Positions 1 through 9,366 of a stretch of DNA of 64,000 bases are shown piece after piece. The notes beneath the pieces are model-generated. The model made no database searches. It saw only the letters and a list, made by a program, of their open reading frames with translations, and had not been told where the DNA came from. This DNA is from Candidatus Dormiibacterota bacterium (GTDB taxonomy: Bacteria > Patescibacteriota > Saccharimonadia > UBA4664 > DATLOE01), in the NCBI GenBank assembly GCA_035536395.1, contig DATLOE010000003.1:35713-99712 (forward strand), in the 5' to 3' direction. Position 1 is the first letter of the stretch, and every line of letters starts with the position of its first letter. Made by a program: the position numbers and the translations under genes.

Positions 1-76
1 CTTCAAATACATAAACATTTCGCTCAGCTAGAGCAATCGCCTTTTCGCTGACGTGTGGTGTAAGGAGTAGGCTCAT
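1..76 (-). CDS. rplW: 50S ribosomal protein L23, 5' part (runs off window)
   Basis: ATG at 76 overlaps rplD stop (ATGA); translates MSLLLTPHVSEKAIALAERNVYVFE, matching the L23 N-terminal P-x-x-SEK motif; canonical position after rplD. Confidence 0.9.
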   Translation of the reverse strand, partial: MSLLLTPHVSEKAIALAERNVYVFE

Positions 77-777
77 TTGGCTTCTCCTGCTGCTACCTTA
101 GTCTTGGTTGCAGCTTTTGGCTGGGCCTTCTTCTCTGATTTTTTAGATTCTCCCAGCCAGTTTTCGATTTTGTCTGCGGCATCAGCCGTAATTACGACAG
201 TGTCGGCATTTAGAATCACAAAAACATTCAGGTAGTTAGCGGCGGAGACGACCAGCTCGGGGATATTACGGGTCGAGCGGTCTATGGCATCGGTTTTCTC
301 GGGCACTACCAAGAGCACTCTGCCGGTAACGCCAATCTTCTGCAGCAGCGCGAGGGCTGTTTTAACTTTGCCATTTCCGCCATCGAATGATTCCAGAATA
401 ATTACTTTCTTATCAGCAGCTTGGGCGCTCAGCGCCTGGCGAATAGCCAACCGGCGAACCTTTTGCGGAAGCTGAACTTTGTGATTCTCCTCGCCTGTTG
501 GGCCAAAAGTTACACCGCCGCCCTTCCAGTGAGGTATGCGGATAGAACCGGCCCTGGCCCGCCCGGTACCCTTCTGTCGCCAAGGTTTACGACCGCCGCC
601 GCGCACTTCGCCGCGGGTCAGCACTTTGGCCTGGGCGCTGCGGCCATTAGCCAGATAGGTGTTGTATGCCAGCTTTAAGAGATCGTGGTTCAGTTCCAGC
701 CCAAAGACTTCTTTGGCTAGCGTTACCTGAGCCTCTTTTTTAGCTCCGGTCTTGGAATATGCGGTTACCTTACTCAC
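73..777 (-). CDS. rplD: 50S ribosomal protein L4
   Basis: TRGEVRGGGRKPWRQKGTGRARAGS motif; Lys/Ala-rich C-terminal tail. Confidence 0.98.
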   Translation of the reverse strand: MSKVTAYSKTGAKKEAQVTLAKEVFGLELNHDLLKLAYNTYLANGRSAQAKVLTRGEVRGGGRKPWRQKGTGRARAGSIRIPHWKGGGVTFGPTGEENHKVQLPQKVRRLAIRQALSAQAADKKVIILESFDGGNGKVKTALALLQKIGVTGRVLLVVPEKTDAIDRSTRNIPELVVSAANYLNVFVILNADTVVITADAADKIENWLGESKKSEKKAQPKAATKTKVAAGEAK

Positions 778-1438
778 TTGCAGCCTCCTGGCGCTCAGTC
801 GGCTTGATTAGCTTGATCATTACCAAAGATTTACGCGGACCGGGCACGGCGCCTTTTATAGCTACTAGGTTTTTGTCGGCCTCTACCTGTACTACTTTCA
901 AGTTTTTGACGGTTGTGCGCTCACCGCCCATGCGGCCGGCCATTTTAATACCCTTAAAGACCTTCTGGGGGTAGGCGCCGCCGATAGAGCCGGGCTGGCG
1001 ATGGTTGTGCGAACCGTGGCTCTTGGGGCCGGTAGCAAAATTATGCCGCTTTACGGTACCGGCAAAGCCCTTGCCTTTACTGGTAGAAGTTACCTGCACG
1101 GTGTCACCTGCCTGAAAAATACCGGCGTCTATCTTAGCGCCGACCTTAATCGGCTCTTCACCCTCTACAGCCTCTACGTCAGTTACCGAATCTTCCATCC
1201 GTACCTCACGCAGAACCTGTGGAGTAGCTTCACTAAATGTGGCATGTCCGGCTTGCGGTTTTGCCGGGTTCTTGGCCTTGCCAAGCCCCATCTGAATTGC
1301 CATATAGCCATCTTTTTCGCCGGTCTTTACCTGAGTAACCACACAGGGGCCAGCCTCCAGCACGGTGACGCGCTGAACGTTACCTTCTGCATCGAAGATC
1401 TGTGTCATTCCCAGTTTTCGGCCCAAGATAGCCTTCAT
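770..1438 (-). CDS. rplC: 50S ribosomal protein L3
   Basis: GRKLGMTQIF, SKGKGFAGTVKRH, HGSHNHRQPGSIG motifs. Confidence 0.98.
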   Translation of the reverse strand: MKAILGRKLGMTQIFDAEGNVQRVTVLEAGPCVVTQVKTGEKDGYMAIQMGLGKAKNPAKPQAGHATFSEATPQVLREVRMEDSVTDVEAVEGEEPIKVGAKIDAGIFQAGDTVQVTSTSKGKGFAGTVKRHNFATGPKSHGSHNHRQPGSIGGAYPQKVFKGIKMAGRMGGERTTVKNLKVVQVEADKNLVAIKGAVPGPRKSLVMIKLIKPTERQEAASE

Positions 1439-1471
1439 CCCGTTTGTTTTGCTCCTTAAACATATAAAATC

Positions 1472-1560
1472 CTAGGATTCGATCGGTTTTCCGCCTTTAG
1501 GGCGAAACCCTATCAACTCCTAGTTGGGTTAATGTGTATCTGGTCCGGCGGGCGCCGGAT
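1472..1560 (-). promoter_or_regulatory. structured 5' leader of the rplC operon
   Basis: Short GC hairpin TCCGGC/GCCGGA (1544-1559) plus long interrupted hairpin CTAGGA...GGTTTT-CCGCC/GGCG-AAACC...TCCTAG (1472-1523), between promoter and SD AAGGAG. Confidence 0.6.
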
Positions 1561-1576
1561 GCATTACTACCAAGTG

Positions 1577-1606
1577 AATATACCAGTAAATATGCTCTCC
1601 TGTCAA
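1577..1606 (-). promoter_or_regulatory. sigma70-type promoter for rplC operon
   Basis: TTGACA-18 nt-TATATT with TG extended -10 on minus strand. Confidence 0.75.
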
Positions 1607-1632
1607 CAGATATAGCCCAGTTACTTTAACTA

Positions 1633-1661
1633 TTGACAACATAAGCTCTTTAGTGTATAGT
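1633..1661 (+). promoter_or_regulatory. sigma70-type promoter, divergent from rplC promoter
   Basis: TTGACA-17 nt-TATAGT, 9 nt before ATG 1671. Confidence 0.8.
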
Positions 1662-1670
1662 ATTTGCCAT

Positions 1671-1889
1671 ATGAATACTAATGATTTGTTCTACAATTTA
1701 GAGCGCGCATACGGGCGGATTACAGCTATTAATATAGTCCGCTGGGTTATTGCTTACGTGGTATGGATATTTATCTACACCCAGTTGCCGGAGTCGGTTT
1801 GGGTCGTGCGGCCATTTATGACATTCGTGGCTCAAGTGTTGATAGTAGTTATTATGATCGCGGCTATCGAAAAAGCCCGTAAGATGTAA
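1671..1889 (+). CDS. small membrane protein, two TM helices
   Basis: 72 aa from ATG 1671 with two hydrophobic segments; the track start at 1653 lies inside the promoter. Confidence 0.7.
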   Translation: MNTNDLFYNLERAYGRITAINIVRWVIAYVVWIFIYTQLPESVWVVRPFMTFVAQVLIVVIMIAAIEKARKM

Positions 1890-1946
1890 CGTCGCCTATC
1901 GTTCGGGTAAAGCAAGAACAAAAGGGTGAGGAGTTTAGAGGTATAC

Positions 1947-3725
1947 TCATGACGCCTTGCCTATTAGTTCGCAGGCAAAATTGGTTGTCCCTGCACCATC
2001 TGCATTCACCGTGGAGCTGTTTCCGCTGCCGATTCCAACATTAACCTGGAAGTAATCAGTTGTGCCGTTAGCTAGGAACGTTCCGGTTGTACTAAGAACC
2101 GGGTTTATGGCCCCGGGAATACCATACCACTCCGCAGCCGCTTTACCGGTGTTGTTATTAACGATAGACCAGCTAACTGTTTGGCTGGCGGCCAGGGTGG
2201 ACATATATATTTGGGCTGAACAGCGATAGTAGCCCTTGATCGTGGGAGTAAACCGGCTGTTGCTGGTATCAAACCAGTTGGATACGTCCCAATCCTCAGC
2301 GTTAAAGGTCACATTCACACCCGCGCCCCCTGGGGTTGGGCTTTGAGAGTTGGTCGTTTTTCTTACACGAAAGCTGCCGGCAGCAAATCCATTAGCATCC
2401 TTGCCGGTTGAGCTCACACTGACACTCTCTGTAGTAATAAACCCGTCTTTATCTATCACAAACTTATCGCCTAGGGAGCCGTTGGTAAGAACCAATAGCT
2501 TAGCCCCAGAGGTGGTTAAGTTGGTATTGGCTTTCAGCTGAAAAGCTATAGTGCTGGCACCATCAGCCTTATTAGAGAACAGTATGCCTCCGGAAGTATC
2601 TACACCCAGTAAGGTAGTCCCCGCCGCATTCTGGACTTGGAAGGCAGTAGTAGAGTTGGCGGCGTTTTTGAATAAAGCGGTACCTTCTCCGGTAAAGTTA
2701 TTAGAAACCACCAGGGAGCCACTGTTAGTTAGTGTGGCAGCGGCTGAACGATATAGGGCAACGTCAATATTTGCGCCTGAATACCAATCTATCTCACTGC
2801 TAGCATCCAGCAGTATGCTAGCTCCTGAGCGCATATCCAGTGCTGGGCCATTGATGTATATGCGGCCACTAAATACTCCGTTGCCTGCTACATCCAGAGT
2901 ATCGGTCGGTGTTTTGCCTATGCCTACCCAGGCGTTAGTGGTGTCGGCCACCAGCAGGTTAGCTCCAGCTGCATTCTGGATTCTGAAGGCAGTGGTAGAG
3001 TCGGCGGCATTACGATGCAGGAGTGTGCCATTGAACCGGTTGTTACCGGTAAAGGTCTGAGGGCCGGTGCCGTTTAGTAGGGCTATGTTAGAGCTTAGTG
3101 CACTATCTGCTACCTTGCCAGCAGTCGAGATGGTGTTTAGCTTAGAGTCAGCTATAGAGCCGGCCAGTTCAGCATTCTCTATCAGCTGGCCGAGTAGAGA
3201 GACGGAAGAGCTTAGTCTGGCGTTATCTAGAGTGCCAGAGGAAAGATTGGTGGCATTAAGGGAGGTAAGGGAGGCACCGGAGCCTGCGAAGGTACCGGCT
3301 TGAACCGTACCTGACACATTGATGTTACCGGTCTCTTGCACTCCTGGGCTGGTGGCCTGGAGTGAGACACAAGTGCCATTGGGGCAGGTGGCAGTACCAC
3401 TGGGGCCTTGGGCACCGGTGGCGCCGGTTGCACCTGTTGGGCCAGTGGCTCCGATTGCACCAGTGACTCCCTGGATGCCTTGTTCCCCTTGTGGGCCGGT
3501 GGAGCCTTGCAGGCCTTGAGATCCCTGGGAGCCTGGCGCACCTTGGAGGCCGGCTGCGCCGGTGAGGCCTATGGGGCCAGCAGTACCGGCTATGCCTTGT
3601 TCACCTCTTGGACCGCGCTCACCGGGGTAGGTTAGGAATTGATCAGCTAGGAGGCCGGCGCCTGAGCTAATGAGGGCGGTGGCTAGGATTAGGGTTAGAA
3701 GTTTGGGGGTGGTTAGGTTCATCAT
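1947..3725 (-). CDS. membrane-anchored collagen-like fibre protein with C-terminal C1q-like domain
   Basis: N-terminal hydrophobic helix, 26 Gly-X-Y triplets, CPNGTC neck, fibre repeats ([12 protein letters not shown]), C-terminal [29 protein letters not shown] typical of C1q/BclA-like heads. Confidence 0.85.
   Translation of the reverse strand: MMNLTTPKLLTLILATALISSGAGLLADQFLTYPGERGPRGEQGIAGTAGPIGLTGAAGLQGAPGSQGSQGLQGSTGPQGEQGIQGVTGAIGATGPTGATGATGAQGPSGTATCPNGTCVSLQATSPGVQETGNINVSGTVQAGTFAGSGASLTSLNATNLSSGTLDNARLSSSVSLLGQLIENAELAGSIADSKLNTISTAGKVADSALSSNIALLNGTGPQTFTGNNRFNGTLLHRNAADSTTAFRIQNAAGANLLVADTTNAWVGIGKTPTDTLDVAGNGVFSGRIYINGPALDMRSGASILLDASSEIDWYSGANIDVALYRSAAATLTNSGSLVVSNNFTGEGTALFKNAANSTTAFQVQNAAGTTLLGVDTSGGILFSNKADGASTIAFQLKANTNLTTSGAKLLVLTNGSLGDKFVIDKDGFITTESVSVSSTGKDANGFAAGSFRVRKTTNSQSPTPGGAGVNVTFNAEDWDVSNWFDTSNSRFTPTIKGYYRCSAQIYMSTLAASQTVSWSIVNNNTGKAAAEWYGIPGAINPVLSTTGTFLANGTTDYFQVNVGIGSGNSSTVNADGAGTTNFACELIGKAS
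3068..3650. repeat. duplicated anchor/collagen/neck module, copy A (copy B about 5554-6125)
   Basis: 3094-3395 aligns with 5580-5881 nearly base for base; differences are mostly synonymous. Confidence 0.9.
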
Positions 3726-6316
3726 TCTGCCCTAAAGGTTATGCCATCAAGTGGGAGATACTCTGTAGCGCCAAAGATGTACAATACTTCACCTGCGGAT
3801 CCTGGAGTAAGATTTTTTGATTTAATTACGAAACCACCCAGTATATAGCCAGTACCAGAGCTCCATGAAGCAGTAGAAAACTCCGCATCAGATGTACCAT
3901 CGGGTGCGTACCCTGAAGGCAAAGTGAATATCCTACTAGCTGTTCCCGATGACCGTTTTGCCTGACCTTTAAGGTGAACTACTCCCATAGAATCCTTAAA
4001 GAAGGCAACTGGCCTGTTTGCATCATAATTACCCCAGCCCGTATTAAAGGCCGGCTCTCCGACACCACCTACAAGATGCCAATTTTCCTGCTTAATATAG
4101 CCATCTTTATCTATCGAGAACTTCTCCACTCCATTATTCTTGAGGGATAGCAGTTTAGCACCGGAGGTAGCTAGAGAGACGGTGGTGTTGAAGGTAAAAC
4201 CTACCGCAGTAGCTCCATCTGCTACGCTACTAAATATGCGTGCGTTACTGGTATCAACACCGAATAAGGTAGTCCCAGTTGCATTCTGCACCTGGAAGGC
4301 GGTGGTGGAGTTGGTGGAGTTTTTGAATAAGACTGTCCCCCTGACAGCTAGCTCCTGACCAACCGAGACAGATTGGGTAAAGGTGGCTGGTCCCTGCACT
4401 TGAAGTTGGCCGACCACATTGGTATTGCCCGCCGTCAATTCACCACCCGTCCCGCCTTCAGCCAAGTTTTGGCCGCCCAGACCAACCAGATCAACCGCCC
4501 CACCAATCTTCAGCCGGGAGACTGAGGCATAATAAATAGTGTTTTGAATGCTCTCACCATCATAACCAGCCATTACATAGACCCAGCCATTAGCGATGAT
4601 TGAGCTAGCTGCCCTTCTTGTTGTTGGAAGAGCGGCTAAGTTAGTACTCCAACTGCCTACAGACCCATCGGCATTCAACTTTCCATAGTGGACAGTGGCT
4701 GCGGAATTGCCACCAATTACATACACGTATCCGTCTGCTACTACTGATGAGTGGTTCTCCCGGATAGCAGGCAACGTATTACTATTGGTTGACCAAGCCC
4801 CAGTTGAACCGTCGGCGTTTAACTTTGCGTAGTAAACAGTTGATTGAGCAGCACTGTCGTTTGCACCACCAATCACATAGACATAACCGTTTGCCACAAT
4901 AGAGCTGTGTGAATTTCGAACAGCTGGCAGAGCGTTAGCATTGGTACTCCAGCTGCCAGTGGAGCCATCGGCGTTAAGTTTGGCGTAGTAGACAGTTGAT
5001 TGAGCACTAGCATTAAATCCACCCAATACATATACGTATCCATTTGCAACTACAGAACTGGCAAAACTTCGAGCGGCAGGTAGTGTATTAGAGTTGGTTT
5101 GCCAAGCATCGGTTGAGCCGTCGGCGTTGAGCTTAGCGTAGTAGACAGTAGAGTCTGGTGTGCGCCCACCAATCACGTAAATATATCCATTAGCCACAAC
5201 TGATGTATGGGCTGATCGTACGGCAGGCAAGGCATTCGCATTGGTGGACCAGGTTCCAGCGGATCCATCAGCATTTAGCTTGGCATAATAGACAGTGGAT
5301 TGGGCATTTCCAGATCCAGTCGAATTTTCTCCACCAATCATATACACAAACCCATTAGCAGTGACTGAAGAATGTAACCAGCGGACACCTGGCAAGGCAT
5401 TACTGCCAGTACTCCAACTCTGCAGTTCACCCGAATTTAGTCCGTTAAGAGTTAAATTGCCATTGGTAGTATCTACCTGAAAAAGACTACCTGCCGCTGC
5501 ATTCTGTATCTGGAAGGCGGTCGTGGAATTGGCGGCGTTTCGGTGGAGAAAGGTGCCGTTGAGTAAGGCTACATTGGCACTTAGTGCACTATCTGCTACC
5601 TTGCCGGCAGTCGAGATGGTATTTAGCTTAGAGTCAGCTATAGAGCCGGCCAGTTCAGCATTCTCTATCAGCTGGCCTAAGAGTGAGACGGAAGAGCTTA
5701 GTCTGGCGTTATCTAGAGTGCCAGAGGAAAGATTGGTGGCATTGAGGGAGGTTAGTGAAGCTCCGCTCCCGCTGAAGGAGCCGGCTTGAACCGTACCTGA
5801 CACATTGATATTACCGGTCTCTTGCACCCCTGGGCTTGTGGCCTGGAGTGAAACACAAGTGCCATTGGGGCAGGTGGCAGTGCCGGATGGGCCGGTGGCT
5901 CCGGTTGCACCTGTTGCACCAGTGGCTCCAGTTGCACCAGTGGCTCCCTGGATACCCTGCTCCCCTTGCGGGCCGGTTGAACCTTGGATACCTTGGGCGC
6001 CCTGCTCGCCTGGCGAGCCCTGCAAGCCGGCTGCACCGCTTAGGCCGATGAGGCCAGTGGCTCCCTGGGTACCTTGCTCGCCTTTTGGTCCACGCTCCCC
6101 AGGGTAGGTTAGGTACTGGTCGGCAATGAGACCGCCTGCGGCTCCGACTATGGCAGTTGTAAAGAAGATCATAAGTAGTTGGTTGAAGGAGAGGGAGAGT
6201 ATCCCGGCTTGATTCTTGAGTAACGCAAATAGACCCGTTGGGGGCGGGGTGTTTGGTTGGTGCGAATGCTTCGCAATGGAACCTTTGATGCCTTTTAGGC
6301 CATGAAGGTTAACCAA
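3722..6316 (-). CDS. membrane-anchored collagen-like fibre protein with six Kelch repeats and a phage-tail-head-like C-terminus
   Basis: TM helix, 25 Gly-X-Y triplets, six LPxxRxxxxSxxAxGxxYxxGG...[10 protein letters not shown] repeats, C-terminal [30 protein letters not shown]; start (TTG 6316 vs ATG 6173) uncertain. Confidence 0.85.
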   Translation of the reverse strand: MVNLHGLKGIKGSIAKHSHQPNTPPPTGLFALLKNQAGILSLSFNQLLMIFFTTAIVGAAGGLIADQYLTYPGERGPKGEQGTQGATGLIGLSGAAGLQGSPGEQGAQGIQGSTGPQGEQGIQGATGATGATGATGATGATGPSGTATCPNGTCVSLQATSPGVQETGNINVSGTVQAGSFSGSGASLTSLNATNLSSGTLDNARLSSSVSLLGQLIENAELAGSIADSKLNTISTAGKVADSALSANVALLNGTFLHRNAANSTTAFQIQNAAAGSLFQVDTTNGNLTLNGLNSGELQSWSTGSNALPGVRWLHSSVTANGFVYMIGGENSTGSGNAQSTVYYAKLNADGSAGTWSTNANALPAVRSAHTSVVANGYIYVIGGRTPDSTVYYAKLNADGSTDAWQTNSNTLPAARSFASSVVANGYVYVLGGFNASAQSTVYYAKLNADGSTGSWSTNANALPAVRNSHSSIVANGYVYVIGGANDSAAQSTVYYAKLNADGSTGAWSTNSNTLPAIRENHSSVVADGYVYVIGGNSAATVHYGKLNADGSVGSWSTNLAALPTTRRAASSIIANGWVYVMAGYDGESIQNTIYYASVSRLKIGGAVDLVGLGGQNLAEGGTGGELTAGNTNVVGQLQVQGPATFTQSVSVGQELAVRGTVLFKNSTNSTTAFQVQNATGTTLFGVDTSNARIFSSVADGATAVGFTFNTTVSLATSGAKLLSLKNNGVEKFSIDKDGYIKQENWHLVGGVGEPAFNTGWGNYDANRPVAFFKDSMGVVHLKGQAKRSSGTASRIFTLPSGYAPDGTSDAEFSTASWSSGTGYILGGFVIKSKNLTPGSAGEVLYIFGATEYLPLDGITFRAE
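5554..6125. repeat. duplicated anchor/collagen/neck module, copy B
   Basis: Direct repeat of 3068-3650. Confidence 0.9.
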
Positions 6317-6416
6317 CCGGATGATAACTCCTCTTTAGTTTTTATTTACTCCACCTTGCTTATGCCAAGAACAGGGTGTTTAAGACCCCGAGAAAGCATA
6401 AGCGTGATGTGTAGTA

Positions 6417-6446
6417 ATTATACCGCTTATGCTCAGGGAGTGTAAA
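6417..6446 (-). promoter_or_regulatory. promoter of the collagen-fibre operon
   Basis: TTTACA-18 nt-TATAAT; GCATAAGC lies in the spacer and twice more in the leader. Confidence 0.7.
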
Positions 6447-6455
6447 GGGGTAAAA

Positions 6456-6701
6456 TTAGAATCGCCAAGTGACAGTAATGCCGATACCGAAGAGGCCTAG
6501 CAATGAAGCAATTACAAGTATGGCGTACTCTATTTTGCGATCAATCTGCAGCTTTTCATGACGAACTGCAAGTAAGCCCAGAATCAGGCCGAAGGGCAGC
6601 AGGCGGGCCTCGTTAAAAGCAAACCAAACGCTTCCGATAATGAAGTACAGCAGGATTTTTAAAAAGTAGATGCTATCGAGTTCTTGTTTTACAGGTTTCA
6701 T
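6456..6701 (-). CDS. small membrane protein
   Basis: Three hydrophobic segments; ATG 6701 after AGGGG preferred over track start 6770. Confidence 0.7.
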   Translation of the reverse strand: MKPVKQELDSIYFLKILLYFIIGSVWFAFNEARLLPFGLILGLLAVRHEKLQIDRKIEYAILVIASLLGLFGIGITVTWRF

Positions 6702-6864
6702 ACCCCTATCTAACCACAAAATGCTTATGCTGTCATCTCCAATGCGCTTATCTTGGCGTTCCCACAACATTCCCCTTGCCCGCCTCAGAAGCTCTTGTTA
6801 ATGCTCCTAATGCCTAACGGCACCTATTGCCTGTAGGATGGAGACAGTAATAAAGGGGGTATGC

Positions 6865-7089
6865 ATGGCAAAAGAACGAGGCAAAATGAGTCGGGCCGAG
6901 GCCGGCAAGCTAGGCGGCGAGGCTACGAGTAAAAAACATGATTCAGAGTTCTACTCTGAGATCGGTCAGAAAGGCGGCCAAGAAAGCGGAGGGAACTTTA
7001 AAAATGACCCCGAGCGGGCCAGGGAGGCCGGCAAGAAAGGCGGCCAGGCATCCACTAGCCGGAGCAGAGAGGATACAGAAGAAATATAG
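6865..7089 (+). CDS. KGG-repeat general stress protein (YciG/GsiB-like)
   Basis: EAGKLGG, EIGQKGG, EAGKKGG repeats and NFKNDPERAREAG; SD AAGGGGG before ATG 6865. Confidence 0.9.
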   Translation: MAKERGKMSRAEAGKLGGEATSKKHDSEFYSEIGQKGGQESGGNFKNDPERAREAGKKGGQASTSRSREDTEEI

Positions 7090-7095
7090 CCTGAT

Positions 7096-7122
7096 AAAAG
7101 AGCCCCTTCGGGGGCCTTTTTT
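7096..7122 (+). terminator. intrinsic terminator
   Basis: GCCCC-TTCG-GGGGC followed by CTTTTTT. Confidence 0.9.
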
Positions 7123-7197
7123 ATTTCTCTCTTTAAAACAAAATAACGCCTTTGCTGGAGTGGAGTACAAGGCAGAATCGATATCTAAATAAGTTTA

Positions 7198-7300
7198 TAT
7201 TTTGATGAGATGCAAGGCGGCGCTGAAGCGCGCCAGTGAGCAGTAGCCAAACCTACTGTGAATGCGCACTGGAAGCGCCAACGCCGCAGCTCGCGAAATA
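7198..7300. repeat. about 100-nt interrupted palindrome (REP/MITE-like)
   Basis: Nested arms GAG-A-TGC-AA-GGCG-GCGCT / AGCGC-CAA-CGCC-GCA-G-CTC, CCAGTG/CACTGG, CAGTAG/CTACTG between convergent genes. Confidence 0.6.
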
Positions 7301-7305
7301 CAAAG

Positions 7306-7752
7306 TTATTGCTTGTAGTAGGAGCGGATTTGGAACAGAATGTACAACCCTATAACCGCGCTCACCAGACCGCTTACAATCTGACCGTTCATAATGCTGT
7401 AAACGAGGTTAACGATGTCACTGTAGAACACTAGGTTCCAGCCGCTCATCTTGCGGGCAAACAGGCCCGGCAGAGCTGCTATCATCAACACTACCTGCAC
7501 AATGAGGGCAATTAAAGCCGCGCCCAAACCGGCGGCTGCTGTAGCTCCCCCGAGGCCAGAAAATGGCAGTACGGCCGCGCCTAAGCCCAGCGCCACTAAG
7601 ATGGCCGGTGCCAGAAGCACTAATATTACGATGTTTATCCATGGAGCGTACTTTACTATCCAGTCTTTAGCGCCTTTGGGGATCTGGAAGGGAGCCTTTG
7701 TTACAAAATAATACTCCATCTTTTGCATGATACCTTGTGATTGCTGGGCCAT
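7306..7752 (-). CDS. membrane protein, paralog 1
   Basis: Four TM segments; shares P..AKxWIV, GWNL and YILxQIRSYYK with 7820-8281. Confidence 0.85.
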   Translation of the reverse strand: MAQQSQGIMQKMEYYFVTKAPFQIPKGAKDWIVKYAPWINIVILVLLAPAILVALGLGAAVLPFSGLGGATAAAGLGAALIALIVQVVLMIAALPGLFARKMSGWNLVFYSDIVNLVYSIMNGQIVSGLVSAVIGLYILFQIRSYYKQ

Positions 7753-7819
7753 AAGTTTTCCTTTACTTAAGGTTAATTTGCTTTAATTAAAGCACTACGG
7801 CACCCAAAAAGCAATACGC

Positions 7820-8281
7820 TTATGCTTTGTAATAAGAGCGAATTTGGAGCAGTATATAGAAGCTAATGCCGGTTATTACTACAGCCGTTACGTAATGGCC
7901 AAAAACGATATCGTATATTGTATGGGTTATGGCAGCCGCGGCCAGCAGATTCCAGCCCTTCATCTCTCTGCGCTCTAGCGGCTTAATGGCCAGTGCGATC
8001 AATATAAACTGGATGATTAATGCTACCGCCCCGCCGCTTATATCACTGGCTGAACTTGGTATACCCAGAAATGCCAGCGGCAGCTTGTTTATACCCAGCA
8101 CCACGGCCAGCGCTACTACCGGCAGATAGAGAATGGTGAGCAATATGGCTACCCAGTGAGCGTTGCGTACGATCCACTCCTTAGCCCAGAAAGGCAGGCG
8201 GTACCCGCCGCCATCGCTGTAGCCGCGCACGGCTGCCTGACGGCCAGAATTGCCCCGGTTTACCTTGCGTCCGCCCGCCAT
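7820..8281 (-). CDS. membrane protein, paralog 2
   Basis: Same motifs as 7306-7752. Confidence 0.85.
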   Translation of the reverse strand: MAGGRKVNRGNSGRQAAVRGYSDGGGYRLPFWAKEWIVRNAHWVAILLTILYLPVVALAVVLGINKLPLAFLGIPSSASDISGGAVALIIQFILIALAIKPLERREMKGWNLLAAAAITHTIYDIVFGHYVTAVVITGISFYILLQIRSYYKA

Positions 8282-8284
8282 CTG

Positions 8285-8416
8285 CTATTCCCCTTCGACG
8301 CCCGGCAGATCTACCTTGTGGCCGTTCGTACAGTGGCCATGATTGTCTTGTTCCTGGCAGTCTTCATCTTGGCAGTTTAGAGCTACTTCTTCGCTACATT
8401 CTACGCATTTAGCCAT
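8285..8416 (-). CDS. 43-aa Cys/His-rich mini-protein (not in ORF track)
   Basis: SD AGGAGGA, then MAKCVECSEEVALNCQDEDCQEQDNHGHCTNGHKVDLPGVEGE*; stop is 3 nt before next ATG; TG-C-TAAAAT upstream. Confidence 0.75.
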   Translation of the reverse strand: MAKCVECSEEVALNCQDEDCQEQDNHGHCTNGHKVDLPGVEGE

Positions 8417-8488
8417 AAATTCCTCCTGTTAGGTTTATTAATGCTTATGCTTATATTTTAGCACATCTGGTGAATATTTTAGAAAAAG

Positions 8489-9154
8489 TTAGCTCTTAAG
8501 CCGAGAGTACTCGGCAATAAGCTTTACCTTATCCTTAAAGTCAGGGGTCGCGCGCCACTTACTCAGTAGCTGCTTGTCTGTCCTTAGGCTATATGAAGCC
8601 CTAGATTTTTCCGCGCTTAAATCTTTAAGCAGTAAGTCGGTCATTAATTCCATAAATAATCTATTTTGGCCCTTACCAATGTCAACTTTGGATTGCCTAA
8701 TATATTCGATAATATATAAATGCATCAGCTCATGCAGTAGCGGATCTATAAAGTTCGGCCAGTCATAATAAAGATCAATGCGTTTTTTATCCGAGAAAGC
8801 AATATGCGGAGGAATTGCCGACAGGCCAATAATACAAATACCAGAAATTTTTACTGGTACAGTTGCTTCACAAATTTTTATTACTCCCCCTCCGTCTTGA
8901 GTCAGTTGTTTTTGCAACCGATCTTTTGCCTTTGCAAATAAGCCTCTGTTTTGCTTATAAAAGTTATCAAAGTAATCTTCTAGCGGTTTGAGCGCGCTTC
9001 CTTTTGGATAGGTCTGATAAATATTGGCGAGATCAGGATGCCGACTCACTATCACATTATAGTAGCTTAATCCTGACCACTCAGGCATTGAATATCCAAA
9101 TGCCCCTGCCTTAAGCGGGTCAAAATCCTTTGCCAGTTGGATTGTAAACTTCAT
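8489..9154 (-). CDS. hypothetical protein with HExxH motif (putative zinc metallopeptidase)
   Basis: LLHELMH plus downstream Glu (FMELM); AT-rich; TATAAT 9 nt before ATG. Confidence 0.7.
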   Translation of the reverse strand: MKFTIQLAKDFDPLKAGAFGYSMPEWSGLSYYNVIVSRHPDLANIYQTYPKGSALKPLEDYFDNFYKQNRGLFAKAKDRLQKQLTQDGGGVIKICEATVPVKISGICIIGLSAIPPHIAFSDKKRIDLYYDWPNFIDPLLHELMHLYIIEYIRQSKVDIGKGQNRLFMELMTDLLLKDLSAEKSRASYSLRTDKQLLSKWRATPDFKDKVKLIAEYSRLKS

Positions 9155-9170
9155 AGACCATCTATTATAA

Positions 9171-9210
9171 AGAAAAATGGCCAGTTTGGAGACATGGCCA
9201 GGTCTTTTTT
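9171..9210 (-). terminator. intrinsic terminator of the Ser-rich peptide gene
   Basis: TGGCCA/TGGCCA stem with T-tracts on both strands. Confidence 0.6.
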
Positions 9211-9366
9211 CTACTTGTCCTCCCAGCCAGGGTATATCCGCTCCATGGCCTCGTCGGACTTCTGCTCGTCAGAGGCAGAACCCGGAGGGGAGGAGGGAGA
9301 TGAGGAAGAACCAGAGGAATCCGAGCTCTCTGAGCCCGAGGAACCGCTACTGGACTCTCCGTCCAT
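9211..9366 (-). CDS. 51-aa Ser-rich acidic peptide (not in ORF track)
   Basis: SD AAAGGAG, then MDGESSSGSSGSESSDSSGSSSSPSSPPGSASDEQKSDEAMERIYPGWEDK*; has its own promoter and terminator. Confidence 0.65.
   Translation of the reverse strand: MDGESSSGSSGSESSDSSGSSSSPSSPPGSASDEQKSDEAMERIYPGWEDK

Noticed and set aside
4520-5420. About 150-165 bp periodic DNA repeats resembling an array
   Set aside because: Fully explained by six in-frame Kelch repeats; no spacer/repeat structure.
3068-6125. Near-identical repeats plus an Avd-like gene suggested a diversity-generating retroelement
   Set aside because: No reverse transcriptase in the window; both copies are coding N-terminal stalk regions, and differences are mostly synonymous rather than adenine-specific.
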